A stretch of DNA of 64,000 bases, from assembly GCA_965659625.1 (NCBI GenBank), contig CBFHWO010000006.1, forward strand, positions 24,587 to 88,586, given 5' to 3'. Positions 1-10,867 of the stretch are shown here, one piece after another (the stretch's first letter is position 1; each line of letters begins with the position of its first letter). Under the pieces are notes generated by a model, which worked only from the letters and a program-made list of their open reading frames with translations, was not told the DNA's origin and searched no databases. A program made the position numbers and the translations under genes. The DNA comes from an uncultured Algoriphagus sp. (GTDB lineage: Bacteria > Bacteroidota > Bacteroidia > Cytophagales > Cyclobacteriaceae).

Positions 1-656
1 ACGGGGTGAGAAAGGTAGACGGAATTTTAGCTGACTTAGGGATTTCTTCTCATCAAATTGATGAGCCAGGTCGGGGGTTTTCTACCCGATTTAGCGGGAG
101 CTTGGACATGCGGATGAACCAGTCCTCAGATCTTTCTGCCAAGGAGGTTTTGAATACCTATGACGAGGCAAAACTCCATAAGATTTTTGGGATATATGGA
201 GAAGTGAAAAATGCCAAAACTTTGGCACAAGCTATTGTAGCTGAGAGAGCTGCACAGCCTTTTGAAACCACAGAAGGCTTTACGGCTTTTTTGAAAAAAT
301 ATGCCCCGAGGGGCAAAGATTTCAAATATTATGCTCAGGTCTTTCAGGCATTGAGGATAGAAGTAAATGATGAAATGAGTGCTTTGGAAGAGATGTTGCT
401 TGAAGCGGTAGACCTTTTAAAGCCCGAAGGTAGACTGGTTGTGATGAGCTACCATAGTCTGGAGGACCGATTGGTCAAAAACCTGTTCCAAAAAGGAAAA
501 TTTCAGGGTGAAGTAGAAAAGGATTTTTATGGCAATCTCATTAGACCACTTGAGCCGGTAAGTAGAGGTGTGGTGATAGCTGATGAGGAAGAAATAGCTA
601 GGAATCCAAGAGCAAGAAGTGCGAAACTGAGGATTGCAAAAAAGACAGGGAAATGA
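1..656 (+). CDS. rsmH: 16S rRNA (cytosine1402-N4)-methyltransferase RsmH/MraW, C-terminal part (5' end lies upstream of the window)
   Basis: The frame is open from the window edge. The translation ILADLGISSHQID...GFS...LDMRM...SYHSLEDR matches the RsmH signature. It is the first gene of the dcw cluster, and its stop at 654-656 overlaps the next ATG (ATGA). Confidence 0.93.
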   Translation, partial: GVRKVDGILADLGISSHQIDEPGRGFSTRFSGSLDMRMNQSSDLSAKEVLNTYDEAKLHKIFGIYGEVKNAKTLAQAIVAERAAQPFETTEGFTAFLKKYAPRGKDFKYYAQVFQALRIEVNDEMSALEEMLLEAVDLLKPEGRLVVMSYHSLEDRLVKNLFQKGKFQGEVEKDFYGNLIRPLEPVSRGVVIADEEEIARNPRARSAKLRIAKKTGK

Positions 657-1042
657 GTCAGAATACATTTAAGAAGAAGCTCAAAAAAGAAAACTCTCCA
701 AAAAGTGGAAATGGGCCACGCAAGACCATTTTTACTTGGATAGAGGAAAAATTGAATGTAACCGGTTTGCTGGGAGAAGGAGTTCCGGTTCAATTGGTTC
801 CGCCAGTAGGGTTTGTTGTGTTATTGGCACTTATCTATATCTGGAGTAATCACCGTGCTGAAAACATGGTAAGAAAAATTGAAAAGGCTCAGCAGGAAGT
901 AGAAGATCTCAGGGCTGATGTAACGACCCTAGAGGCTGAGTATATGCTTAGCAGTATGCAATCAGAAGTTGCCAAAAGAGTGGCATCACAAGAGATAGAA
1001 GAATTGAATCAACCACCAATCAAAATAGAGATTGATAAGTGA
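653..1042 (+). CDS. ftsL: FtsL-like small bitopic division protein (129 aa)
   Basis: It occupies the conserved slot between rsmH and ftsI. It has a basic N-terminus, one TM helix (VGFVVLLALIYIW) and a coiled-coil-like tail. It is translationally coupled at both ends. Confidence 0.7.
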   Translation: MSQNTFKKKLKKENSPKSGNGPRKTIFTWIEEKLNVTGLLGEGVPVQLVPPVGFVVLLALIYIWSNHRAENMVRKIEKAQQEVEDLRADVTTLEAEYMLSSMQSEVAKRVASQEIEELNQPPIKIEIDK

Positions 1043-3147
1043 ATATAAAACGATCCATATTGCTCCGAGTAAGGGTGGTTTTCATCTTGGTTGCTCTGAT
1101 TGCAGCAGCAATACCCTATCGTATTGCCCAGTTGCAATTGGACGAAGGAGATAAATGGAGAGAAAAAGCAGAAACCATCAATTTTCAATATAGAGAAGTT
1201 GCTGCTACTAGGGGGAATGTTTATGCGGGTGATGGAAGTCTTTTGGCTACCAGTCTTCCTTTTTATAGAGTAGCAATAGATCCGACTATGGTAAAAGAGG
1301 ATCGTTATAAAGCTAAAATTGATTCACTCTCTGAGAAGCTTTCCGCTTTCTATAAGGATAAGTCGGCGAAGGCATATAAACGAATGATCAATGATGCCCG
1401 AAAAGATAACAAGCGTTATTTGGTATTGAATAGAAGACAGATTGGATATCAGGATATGCAGATGATGTCCACCTGGCCTATTTTCAGAGGAGGGCGATTG
1501 GGAGGTGGAGTTCTATTCGAAAAAGTAGAAAAAAGATATAGACCATTTAATTCCCTTGCCAGCAGAACAGTTGGCTTTTTGAATGAAGATGATTACGGTG
1601 CAGGAATAGAGTATTCGTACAATTCATATTTAAAGGGAAAGGATGGGAAAGCATTGTTTCAAAGATTGGCAGGAGGAAGCTGGAAACCTGTTTTTGATGC
1701 GGAGGATGTCAAGCCTGAAAATGGTTTTGACGTGGTTACAACCTTAGACGTGAATATTCAAGATGTGGCTGAGACGGCTTTATTGGCTCAATTGATAGAT
1801 CGGGATGCAGAGTTTGGTTCTGTGATCGTCATGGAAGTGAAAACTGGGCAAATCAAAGCTATAGCAAATCTTCAAAAAAATAAAAGTGGAAATGGATACG
1901 GCGAAAATTACAATTTTGCCATCGGAGATCAGGGAAATACAGAGCCTGGATCCACGTTCAAGCTACTTTCCATGTTGGCACTTTTAGAAGAGAATAAAAT
2001 CAGCTTAAACGATAAAGTGGAGACCGGGAATGGAACTCATAAATTCTATGACCGCACCATGCGAGATGCTAAAAATGGTGGGTATGGGACTTTAACCATC
2101 CGGGAAGCTTTTGAGAAATCTTCAAATGTTGGTATTTCAAAATTAGTAGATGAACATTTCGGTTCAAGTCCTTCCAAATTCATGGCCTATGTAGATCAAG
2201 CTGGATTGAAAGAGCCAGTTGGATTCCAGTTGATAGGGGAAGGGAAGCCCTATTTTAAAAAGCCTGGCGATAAAAACTGGTATGGAACATCCTTGCCTTG
2301 GATTTCTATTGGGTATGAAATCAAGTTAAATCCACTTCATACGCTTGCATTATATAATGCAGTCGCCAATGGAGGCATTATGGTGAAGCCGATGATTGTC
2401 AAGGCAATTGCCAAAGGAAATACAATCCAAGAGAGATATGACACTGAAATAATCCGGAAACAAATAGCTTCAGATAAAACAATCAAGCAATTACAAGAGC
2501 TTTTGGAAGGTGTAGTAGTACGGGGAACAGCAAAAAATATCGCAAATGCCGACTATAAAATTGCAGGGAAAACAGGAACTGCCCAAAAGTTAATTGACGG
2601 AAGATATACCCAAAAGTACTACACAAGTTTTGCGGGCTATTTTCCAGCGGACAATCCTAAATATTCCATGATTGTGGTGATTGATAGCCCAAAAGGCTTT
2701 GCTGCTTATGGAGGTGATGTCTCAGCGCCGGTCTTTAAGGAAATCGCAGACCGGATTTATGCTTTGGATATTGAATTGAATCCATCTAATCAAACCCAGA
2801 TTTTCCAGGCCGAAAATAACAATCCAAAGACTCCATTTATAAGAGCAGGGAGAGGCGGAGAGTTAAATGAGATTTTTGATGAATTAGGTTTGAAAGCCAG
2901 TCCTGCAAATGCAGAAGAATGGGTGAGGACTGTCTCAAATGGGGACAATATCCAATGGCAGGACAATGAAATGGATAAACCAATTGTTCCTGATGTTTCA
3001 GGATTGCCACTAAAGGATGCCTTATTTATCCTCGAAAATAAAGGACTGAAAGTCAATTATTCCGGTAAGGGAGTTGTGAAAAATCAATCTCTTTCTCCTG
3101 GAACTGAATTAATCAATAATGCCACCATTAACCTTGTATTGGGCTAA
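1039..3147 (+). CDS. ftsI: Penicillin-binding protein 3 / FtsI transpeptidase with a C-terminal PASTA-like domain
   Basis: The GTG start overlaps the ftsL stop (GTGA). It has an N-terminal TM anchor and the transpeptidase motifs STFK, SSN and KTGT. The C-terminal roughly 60 aa (VPDVSGLPLKDALFILENKGLKV...) looks PASTA-like. Confidence 0.93.
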   Translation: MNIKRSILLRVRVVFILVALIAAAIPYRIAQLQLDEGDKWREKAETINFQYREVAATRGNVYAGDGSLLATSLPFYRVAIDPTMVKEDRYKAKIDSLSEKLSAFYKDKSAKAYKRMINDARKDNKRYLVLNRRQIGYQDMQMMSTWPIFRGGRLGGGVLFEKVEKRYRPFNSLASRTVGFLNEDDYGAGIEYSYNSYLKGKDGKALFQRLAGGSWKPVFDAEDVKPENGFDVVTTLDVNIQDVAETALLAQLIDRDAEFGSVIVMEVKTGQIKAIANLQKNKSGNGYGENYNFAIGDQGNTEPGSTFKLLSMLALLEENKISLNDKVETGNGTHKFYDRTMRDAKNGGYGTLTIREAFEKSSNVGISKLVDEHFGSSPSKFMAYVDQAGLKEPVGFQLIGEGKPYFKKPGDKNWYGTSLPWISIGYEIKLNPLHTLALYNAVANGGIMVKPMIVKAIAKGNTIQERYDTEIIRKQIASDKTIKQLQELLEGVVVRGTAKNIANADYKIAGKTGTAQKLIDGRYTQKYYTSFAGYFPADNPKYSMIVVIDSPKGFAAYGGDVSAPVFKEIADRIYALDIELNPSNQTQIFQAENNNPKTPFIRAGRGGELNEIFDELGLKASPANAEEWVRTVSNGDNIQWQDNEMDKPIVPDVSGLPLKDALFILENKGLKVNYSGKGVVKNQSLSPGTELINNATINLVLG

Positions 3148-4611
3148 ATGAAAGTACTAAAAGACATATTGTACAAAGTTTCTCTAATCAGCACTACCGG
3201 TGACATGGAATTGCGGATTCAGAATATTGTCTTTGATAGCCGAAGGGTAATTGAGAGGTCAGTTTTTGTAGCCGTTCCTGGAACTCAGGTAGATGGGCAT
3301 GAATTTATTGAAACAGCCATTGGGAAAGGGGCTACAGTAATTGTTTGTGAACAATTGCCTGAGAAATTAAACGAAGGAATCACTTTCGTACAAGTCATAA
3401 ATTCGGCAAAAGCCATGGGGATTATGGCTGCAAACTATTTCGACAATCCATCTGAGAAAATCAAGGTAGTGGCAGTGACTGGCACCAATGGCAAAACCAC
3501 TACGGTTACGCTGTTGCACCAGCTCTATATGGGTTTAGGTTATAGCACTGGATTACTTTCCACAGTAGAGAATAAAATAAATGATGAGGTAATTCCAGCT
3601 ACCCACACTACTCCAGATTCAGTAAGTGTTCAGGAATTACTCCGAAAAATGCTAAATGCAGGTTGTACCCATTGTTTTATGGAAGCGAGTTCGCATGCCA
3701 TTGTTCAGGAGAGAATTGCAGGTCTGAAGTTAGCTGGAGCTGTTTTTACCAATATTTCTCACGATCATCTAGATTATCACAAGACCTTTGATGAGTATAT
3801 AAAAGCCAAGAAAAAACTTTTTGATGAGTTGCCAAAGGATGCTTTTGCTTTAGTCAATGAGGACGATAAACGGGGAATGGTCATGCTCCAAAACTGCAAG
3901 GCTACACATCAGACTTTTGGACTCAAATCGCCATCCGATTTCAAGGCTAAAATTATCTCCAACACCCTCGAAGGATTAGAACTAGATATCAATGGTAAGT
4001 TGATTTGGTTCTTGATGATTGGAGCTTTCAATGCTTACAACCTTTTGGGGGTAATGGCAACGGCTGTTCTTTTGGGCGAGGAAGAGGAAGAGGTCCTTAG
4101 AGAATTGTCTGCCATAAAAGGTGCCAAGGGCAGATTTGATAGAATTTCTATTGGTGGCATTACTGCCATTGTAGATTATGCACATACGCCTGACGCATTA
4201 GATAATGTGTTGAAAACTATCAATGGAGTCCGAACAGGAATAGAACAGTTGATCACGGTAATTGGATGCGGTGGAAATCGTGACAAAACCAAAAGGCCCA
4301 TCATGGCAAAAATCGCTGTTCAGGAAAGCAGCAAGGCGATTTTAACTTCAGACAATCCTCGTTTTGAAGATCCAATGGAGATTTTGAAAGACATGCAAGC
4401 TGGTATCGGTCCTACAGAAATAAGAAAAACTTTAACGATTGAAGATCGCAGAGAGGCAATAAAAACAGCCTGTATGCTTTCCAATAAAGGAGATATTATC
4501 CTCATCGCAGGCAAAGGCCATGAGGATTACCAGGAAATAAAAGGTGTGAAACATCACTTTGATGATGCGGAAGTAGTAACTGAATTATTAACGCAATTTA
4601 CCCAGAGCTAA
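3148..4611 (+). CDS. murE: UDP-N-acetylmuramoyl-L-alanyl-D-glutamate--2,6-diaminopimelate ligase
   Basis: It carries the Mur ligase P-loop [10 protein letters not shown] and a DNPR motif ([10 protein letters not shown]), which is typical of meso-DAP-adding MurE. Its position in the dcw cluster fits. Confidence 0.93.
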   Translation: MKVLKDILYKVSLISTTGDMELRIQNIVFDSRRVIERSVFVAVPGTQVDGHEFIETAIGKGATVIVCEQLPEKLNEGITFVQVINSAKAMGIMAANYFDNPSEKIKVVAVTGTNGKTTTVTLLHQLYMGLGYSTGLLSTVENKINDEVIPATHTTPDSVSVQELLRKMLNAGCTHCFMEASSHAIVQERIAGLKLAGAVFTNISHDHLDYHKTFDEYIKAKKKLFDELPKDAFALVNEDDKRGMVMLQNCKATHQTFGLKSPSDFKAKIISNTLEGLELDINGKLIWFLMIGAFNAYNLLGVMATAVLLGEEEEEVLRELSAIKGAKGRFDRISIGGITAIVDYAHTPDALDNVLKTINGVRTGIEQLITVIGCGGNRDKTKRPIMAKIAVQESSKAILTSDNPRFEDPMEILKDMQAGIGPTEIRKTLTIEDRREAIKTACMLSNKGDIILIAGKGHEDYQEIKGVKHHFDDAEVVTELLTQFTQS

Positions 4612-4613
4612 GA

Positions 4614-5825
4614 ATGTTATATCCGATTTTTGAATATTTAGATCAAGTCTTAGACATCCCGGGAACAGGAGTGTTTCGTTACATTTCATTTCGGGCGGGT
4701 ATGGCTGCGCTCTTTTCTTTGATCATCACCATCACTTTTGGTAAAAATATCATCAACTGGATAAGAAAAAAGCAAATCGGTGAGACAGTAAGAGACTTAG
4801 GGCTTGAGGGACAATCACAGAAAAAAGGAACACCCACGATGGGCGGCTTGATGATGATTGCTGCGATTCTTATTCCAACGCTTCTTTTTGCCGACCTCAA
4901 CAATATCTATATCATTCTATTATTGATCACCACGGTTTGGTTAGGTGGTATAGGTTTTCTGGATGATTACATCAAAGTTTTTAGAAAGAACAAAGAAGGG
5001 CTTGCGGGCAAATTCAAAATTGTTGGACAGATAGGAATTGGGATTATTGTGGGAACCACGCTTTATTTCAATGAGGATGTCGTGATCCGAGAATTCCAAA
5101 ATCCTGTTTCGATTGAAGAAGGAGTGGTAGAAACTCCCGCGTTTAAAGATGTGAACGTTGCAAAAACCACCATACCATTTGTCAAAAATAATGAGCTGAA
5201 TTATGAGACCTTACTCGACTTTTTGGGCGAGGCCATGACTCCCGTTTTATACATTTTGGTCGTGATATTCATCATTACCGCAGTTTCTAATGGAGCAAAT
5301 ATAACGGATGGCATTGATGGCTTGGCCGCTGGGACCTCTGCCATTATAGGCTTGACCATTGCGATTTTCGCATACCTCAGCGGTAATGCCATTTTCTCCC
5401 AATACCTCAATATCATGTACATCCCCAACTCCGGTGAGTTGGTGATTTTCACTTCCGCATTTATAGGAGCGTGTATCGGTTTCCTTTGGTACAATGCCTA
5501 TCCTGCCCAGGTCTTTATGGGAGATACTGGAAGCTTGATGTTGGGTGGAGTGATTGCGGTTTTGGCTTTGACGCTTCGCAAAGAATTATTGATTCCAATT
5601 ATGTGCGGGGTGTTTGTGGTAGAAAATGTCAGTGTAATTATTCAAGTCAGTTACTTCAAATACACCAGGAAGAAATACGGAGAAGGCAGGCGGATATTTC
5701 TGATGTCACCGCTCCATCACCACTACCAAAAAAAGAATATTCCCGAATCTAAAATTGTGACTCGATTCTGGATTATGGGAATTCTGTTGGCAGTTATCAC
5801 ACTTGCAATTTTAAAATTGAGATAA
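4614..5825 (+). CDS. mraY: Phospho-N-acetylmuramoyl-pentapeptide transferase
   Basis: It is a polytopic membrane protein with MraY motifs ([36 protein letters not shown]). Confidence 0.95.
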   Translation: MLYPIFEYLDQVLDIPGTGVFRYISFRAGMAALFSLIITITFGKNIINWIRKKQIGETVRDLGLEGQSQKKGTPTMGGLMMIAAILIPTLLFADLNNIYIILLLITTVWLGGIGFLDDYIKVFRKNKEGLAGKFKIVGQIGIGIIVGTTLYFNEDVVIREFQNPVSIEEGVVETPAFKDVNVAKTTIPFVKNNELNYETLLDFLGEAMTPVLYILVVIFIITAVSNGANITDGIDGLAAGTSAIIGLTIAIFAYLSGNAIFSQYLNIMYIPNSGELVIFTSAFIGACIGFLWYNAYPAQVFMGDTGSLMLGGVIAVLALTLRKELLIPIMCGVFVVENVSVIIQVSYFKYTRKKYGEGRRIFLMSPLHHHYQKKNIPESKIVTRFWIMGILLAVITLAILKLR

Positions 5826-5831
5826 AAGAAA

Positions 5832-7184
5832 ATGAAACAAATAGCCATTCTGGGAGCAGGAGAAAGCGGATTGGGAGCAGCATTGCTCGCAAAACGGAAT
5901 GGCTTTGCCGTTTGGGTTTCAGATTCCGGAAAGATAAGTGACGCTAGAAAAGAAAAATTGAAGGAACATGAGATCCCTTTCGAAGAAGGAGTGCATTCCG
6001 AATCAATCATTCTTGAATCTGACTTTATTATTAAATCACCGGGCATTCCCTCCAATGCACCAATCGTAAAAAAAGCGATGAATGAGGGGATTTCGGTTAT
6101 TGACGAGTTGGAGTTTGCAAACAGATTTAGCACCGGAAAAGTAGTCGCAATCACAGGCACTAACGGAAAGACAACGACCACGCTTTTGACTTATCATTTG
6201 ATGAACGAAGCCGGTCTTGATGTAGGCTTGGCAGGAAATGTAGGAAAAAGCTGGGCTGCTCAATTATTGGAAAGAGATCATGAGTGGTGGGTGATTGAAT
6301 GTAGTAGTTTTCAGATAGATGGATTTTTCGACTTTAAACCATCTATTGCGATTTTGACCAATATCACACCGGACCATTTGGATCGATATGAATATAAGGT
6401 AGAGAATTACGTGCAGTCCAAATTTGGATTGTTTAAAAATATGGAAGCTAAGGACCATGCTATTCTCAATGAGCAAGATCCTCTAACCCAGGAAGGTTTG
6501 AAGAAGGTGAATTTCATCCCTGAGATTTTATGGGTCAATGGAAATAACAAAAAAGATAAAGGAGCCTTTTCTGATGGAAATTCTTTGCACTTAAAGACTG
6601 CAGATCAAAGCGTGACTATCCCATTGGAAGCACTTTCTATAAAGGGAGATCATAATGTGATGAATGCGCTTTGTGCAGGAATGGCAGCTTTATTGGCTGG
6701 AGTTAGCGAAAAGCAAATGCTAAAAGCGTTTGGGACTTTTAAGAATGCTCCCCATAGAATGGAACTCATCAGGGAAATTGATGGCGTCTCATTTATCAAT
6801 GATAGCAAAGGAACAAACGTGGAAGCTACCGCCTATGCTTTGGATGCCTTTAAGAATCCATTGATTTGGATCGCCGGAGGAGTAGATAAAGGAAACGATT
6901 ACAACTCAGTTTTAAGCTTAGTTGAAGAGAAAGTGAAATGCCTTATTTGTTTGGGAAAAGACAATTCAAAATTGAAAAAGGCATTTGGTAATACCGTCAG
7001 TGAAATTAGAGAAACTCAAAGTATCAAAGAAGCTGTTGGCTGGAGCCAACTCTTAGCAGTCCCGGGAGATGTGGTTTTACTGTCTCCGGCATGTGCAAGT
7101 TTTGACTTGTTCAAGAATTATGAAGATCGCGGGGAGCAATTTCGAACCGCAGTATTTGAACTTAACCCAGAAACCATCGCATGA
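5832..7184 (+). CDS. murD: UDP-N-acetylmuramoylalanine--D-glutamate ligase
   Basis: It has an N-terminal Rossmann motif ILGAGESG and the Mur ligase P-loop [10 protein letters not shown]. It sits in the expected dcw position. Confidence 0.93.
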   Translation: MKQIAILGAGESGLGAALLAKRNGFAVWVSDSGKISDARKEKLKEHEIPFEEGVHSESIILESDFIIKSPGIPSNAPIVKKAMNEGISVIDELEFANRFSTGKVVAITGTNGKTTTTLLTYHLMNEAGLDVGLAGNVGKSWAAQLLERDHEWWVIECSSFQIDGFFDFKPSIAILTNITPDHLDRYEYKVENYVQSKFGLFKNMEAKDHAILNEQDPLTQEGLKKVNFIPEILWVNGNNKKDKGAFSDGNSLHLKTADQSVTIPLEALSIKGDHNVMNALCAGMAALLAGVSEKQMLKAFGTFKNAPHRMELIREIDGVSFINDSKGTNVEATAYALDAFKNPLIWIAGGVDKGNDYNSVLSLVEEKVKCLICLGKDNSKLKKAFGNTVSEIRETQSIKEAVGWSQLLAVPGDVVLLSPACASFDLFKNYEDRGEQFRTAVFELNPETIA

Positions 7185-8347
7185 ATCAGTTTAAGGCATG
7201 GATAGATGAACACTTCAAGGGCGACCCACTTATTTGGGGGATTGTGATCTTGTTGTCGCTCTTCAGTATTCTGGTAGTTTACTCTGCAACAGGATCTTTG
7301 GCATACAAATATGCCGGAGGCAATACTGAAGTGTATTTATTCAGGCATTCTTTCTTGGTACTAGTATCACTGGTAGTAATGTGGTTTGCGCATAAAATCC
7401 CATATAAGAACTATGCTCTTTACGCCAGATTGGCCATGTTCCTTTCGATTCCATTATTGCTGTTGACCTATATGTTTGGCTCAAATATCAATGAGGCAAA
7501 TAGATGGTTGACCATACCGGTGATTAATCAAGCGTTCCAACCTTCAGATTTGGCAAAACTCGCTTTGATAGCAGCTTTGGCGGCCATGCTTGCTAGAAAA
7601 CAAAATAATATCAAAGACTTCAAAAACACATTTGTCCCGATCATCATTTCTATTGGGGTGATTTGCTTACTGATTGCGATGGCAAATATGTCAACAGCAA
7701 TATTGCTTCTTTTGACTTGTCTGCTCATCATGTTTATTGGCCGGGTACCAGTGAAATATCTCGCAATGGTAGTCATGGTCGGTGTACTTGGATTGACAGC
7801 GGCAGTTTTCTTAGGCCAAAGAGGGGAAACCTTCTTTTCCAGAATTGAGGCATTTATGGATGAGGAGGAAGTTCCTTTCCAAGCAGAACAGTCCTATATC
7901 GCGATTGCAACTGGTGGAGTAACGGGCAAGGGGCCCGGAAATAGCGAACAGAGAAATTCATTGCCTCATCCTTATTCGGATTTTATCTATGCCATCATTA
8001 TTGAAGAATACGGTGTTGTTGGTGGTGTTTCTGTCCTCTTTCTCTATTTGGCTTTGCTATACAGAGGAATGAGAATCGTCGCCAATTCCAATAAAGCATT
8101 TGGAGGATTGTTGTCAGCGGGACTCAGCTTTGCCTTGGTGATTCAAGCCTTGGTGAATATGGCCGTGGCAGTAGGTCTTGGACCAATTACAGGATTGCCT
8201 CTTCCGCTCCTAAGTATGGGAGGAACTTCCTTGGTATTTACGGGAATATCCTTAGGAATTATCCTCTCGGTAAGTCGAGGGGATCATCAAGATGAAGAAT
8301 CGGGCAGCATTGCGGCATTGAATAAATCAAGATTAAAAACAGCTTAA
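7181..8347 (+). CDS. ftsW: SEDS-family peptidoglycan glycosyltransferase FtsW
   Basis: It has about 10 TM segments and SEDS motifs (PSDLAKLALI, LPHPYSDFIYA, GLPLPLLSMGGTS). The ATGA overlap with the murD stop couples the two genes. Confidence 0.92.
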   Translation: MNQFKAWIDEHFKGDPLIWGIVILLSLFSILVVYSATGSLAYKYAGGNTEVYLFRHSFLVLVSLVVMWFAHKIPYKNYALYARLAMFLSIPLLLLTYMFGSNINEANRWLTIPVINQAFQPSDLAKLALIAALAAMLARKQNNIKDFKNTFVPIIISIGVICLLIAMANMSTAILLLLTCLLIMFIGRVPVKYLAMVVMVGVLGLTAAVFLGQRGETFFSRIEAFMDEEEVPFQAEQSYIAIATGGVTGKGPGNSEQRNSLPHPYSDFIYAIIIEEYGVVGGVSVLFLYLALLYRGMRIVANSNKAFGGLLSAGLSFALVIQALVNMAVAVGLGPITGLPLPLLSMGGTSLVFTGISLGIILSVSRGDHQDEESGSIAALNKSRLKTA

Positions 8348-8375
8348 AATCGAAACAAAAAGAACATATCGCATC

Positions 8376-9458
8376 ATGATCAGTGGCGGAGGAACCGGAG
8401 GACATATCTATCCGGCGATCGCCATTGCAAATGCCTGGAAAGAAGAATTTCCAGACAGCGAGATTCTTTTTGTGGGTGCTCTTGGGAAGATGGAAATGCA
8501 CAAAGTTCCTGAAGCTGGATATAGAATTGAAGGATTACCGGTAGCAGGATTGCAAAGAAGTTTGACTTTGGAAAACCTAAAATTCCCTATCAAACTCATT
8601 AAAAGCTTAATGAAGGCGAAAAAAATGGTGAAGAGGTTTAAGCCAGATGTAGTCGTAGGAGTAGGCGGATATGCAAGTGGCCCTATTCTCTATGCTGCAC
8701 AAAGTAAAGGGATCCCAACACTGGTTCAGGAGCAGAATTCCTATGCTGGTTTGACCAATAAGATTTTAGCTAAAAAGGCAAATAAGATATGCGTAGCATA
8801 CCCTGATATGGAACGCTTTTTCCCTGCTGAAAAAATAGTCTATACGGGAAATCCTGTTCGAAAAGATATCCTTGAGTTAGATGGAAAGCGGGAAAAGGGG
8901 TTTACACATTTTGGTCTGAAAGAAGGTAAGAAAACAGTTTTGATTTTGGGAGGCTCATTAGGAGCAAGAACACTCAATCAGGCAGTTTTGAAAGACATGA
9001 AGATGCTGGATGCAGATGGGTATCAAGTTCTTTGGCAATCAGGCAAATTCTATTTCAAAGAAATGCTTGAGAAAACAGCAGATGCTGGATTGAAGAATAT
9101 CCATTTGCGGGAATTCATCAGAGAGATGGATTTGGCCTATGCATCAGCTGACGCGATCGTTTCAAGAGCAGGAGCATTATCCGTTTCCGAATTGTCTCTT
9201 GTCGGGAAGCCAGTGATTTTCATTCCATCACCGAATGTGGCTGAGGACCATCAGACAAAAAATGCAATGGCATATGTAAGTCATGATGCCGCGTGGCTTT
9301 TGAAGGACAAGGAAGCTGTAGGGAAATTGAAATCGACATTAGATGAACTCATGAGAGATCCTTCCATAGGATTAGCATTGGGATTAAATATTAAAAGTTT
9401 GGCAAAACCGGATGCGGCAATAGCCATCAGAAAAGAAATTGAACAATTGGTAGGATGA
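8376..9458 (+). CDS. murG: Undecaprenyldiphospho-muramoylpentapeptide beta-N-acetylglucosaminyltransferase
   Basis: It carries the MurG motifs GGGTGGHIYPA and SRAGALSVSEL. The first ATG leaves an unusually short N-terminus, so the start is uncertain (see findings). Confidence 0.9.
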   Translation: MISGGGTGGHIYPAIAIANAWKEEFPDSEILFVGALGKMEMHKVPEAGYRIEGLPVAGLQRSLTLENLKFPIKLIKSLMKAKKMVKRFKPDVVVGVGGYASGPILYAAQSKGIPTLVQEQNSYAGLTNKILAKKANKICVAYPDMERFFPAEKIVYTGNPVRKDILELDGKREKGFTHFGLKEGKKTVLILGGSLGARTLNQAVLKDMKMLDADGYQVLWQSGKFYFKEMLEKTADAGLKNIHLREFIREMDLAYASADAIVSRAGALSVSELSLVGKPVIFIPSPNVAEDHQTKNAMAYVSHDAAWLLKDKEAVGKLKSTLDELMRDPSIGLALGLNIKSLAKPDAAIAIRKEIEQLVG

Positions 9459-10867
9459 GCTTTGAAGGTATACATAGCGTTTATTTTCTTGGAATCGGCG
9501 GCATAGGCATGAGTGCTTTGGCCCGATGGTTTCATCATGAGGGATATGCTGTATCCGGATATGATAGAACTCCTTCTCCATTGACAGAGGAATTAATCAC
9601 CGAGGGAATGCCGGTGACTTTTGAGGATTCTTTGGAAGCAATTCCCGAGAAAGTGAAAAAGTCATCGGATTCTTCTTTAATCGTCTGGACTCCCGCCATG
9701 CCTAAAGACAGTGTTCAGCTTAGATTTTTCCAAGAGAATGGATTTAAGTTAAAAAAGAGGTCTGAGGTTTTAGGAATAGTGACAAGCAATTTCTACACTA
9801 TAGCAGTTGCTGGAACTCATGGTAAAACCACGACATCTTCTTTAATTGCTCATTTGCTGAAAGATGCAGGAAAGCCTGTAGCGGCATTCTTGGGGGGAAT
9901 TACCCAGAACTACCAAAGCAATTTGATTTTGGGAGATAAGAAATCCAAAGAGCGAACATTGGTAGTGGTAGAAGCTGACGAATTCGATAGATCTTTTTTG
10001 AGACTACATCCAAATGAGGCAGTGGTAACGAGTACGGATGCTGATCATTTGGATATTTATGGAGATGAAAATACCATTCTCGATGGTTTTGGAGAGTTTG
10101 TAAAGCTGATTGATAAGAAAGGAAAACTATTCATCCAATACAATGCAGCAGATAGACTTGGAGTAGATAGAATGCCAAAAGTGGCGACTAGATTATATGG
10201 TCTAAGATCCGAAGGAATACGGGCAAATAATATTCAGGCGAAGCCAGGTTCTTTCGTCTTTGATTTTGTGGATGGAGCAAAAGTAATTTCACAATTGGAG
10301 TTATTCATTCCTGGTTTTCACAACGTGGAAAATGCTTTGGCAGCAATTGCAATTGCGTCAGAACATGGAATTACTGATGACCAAATCAAAAAGGGATTAG
10401 CATCTTTCCGTGGGGTAAAACGAAGATTTGAGATTCATGTCAATCAGGAAAAACTGGTCTACATTGATGATTACGCGCATCATCCTGAGGAAATCAGAGC
10501 TTGTTTGAGTTCAGTTATTGCCATGTATCCCATGAGCAAATTGACAGTGATTTTCCAACCGCATTTATTTTCCAGGACCAAAGATTTTTCAGCTGGATTT
10601 TCAGAAAGTCTGTCTTTAGCTGATGAGGTGATCTTATTGGATATCTATCCGGCGAGAGAATTGCCGATAGCGGGAGTGAATTCTGAAATGCTATTAGAAA
10701 AGATCCAATCAAAGAAAAAATCTTTGGTCAAGAAAGCTGACTTAATGGATCATTTAGAAAAATCAAGTCCTGAGGTATTGGTGACTTTGGGAGCTGGAGA
10801 TATAGATCGTTTGGTTCCGGAAATTGCAGCATGGATGAATTCTAGGAGAAAATCGAAAGCCTTATGA
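9455..10867 (+). CDS. murC: UDP-N-acetylmuramate--L-alanine ligase
   Basis: It has the motifs FLGIGGIGMSALA and VAGTHGKTTTSS and a Mur ligase C-terminal domain. The ATGA overlap with the murG stop couples the two genes. Confidence 0.93.
   Translation: MSFEGIHSVYFLGIGGIGMSALARWFHHEGYAVSGYDRTPSPLTEELITEGMPVTFEDSLEAIPEKVKKSSDSSLIVWTPAMPKDSVQLRFFQENGFKLKKRSEVLGIVTSNFYTIAVAGTHGKTTTSSLIAHLLKDAGKPVAAFLGGITQNYQSNLILGDKKSKERTLVVVEADEFDRSFLRLHPNEAVVTSTDADHLDIYGDENTILDGFGEFVKLIDKKGKLFIQYNAADRLGVDRMPKVATRLYGLRSEGIRANNIQAKPGSFVFDFVDGAKVISQLELFIPGFHNVENALAAIAIASEHGITDDQIKKGLASFRGVKRRFEIHVNQEKLVYIDDYAHHPEEIRACLSSVIAMYPMSKLTVIFQPHLFSRTKDFSAGFSESLSLADEVILLDIYPARELPIAGVNSEMLLEKIQSKKKSLVKKADLMDHLEKSSPEVLVTLGAGDIDRLVPEIAAWMNSRRKSKAL

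Noticed and set aside
5723-6181. A 152-aa minus-strand ORF spanning the mraY/murD junction, and similar antisense ORFs at 11551-12009 and 11648-12016 opposite ftsQ/ftsA.
   Set aside because: They lie opposite highly conserved dcw genes and show no recognisable features. They are typical shadow frames.
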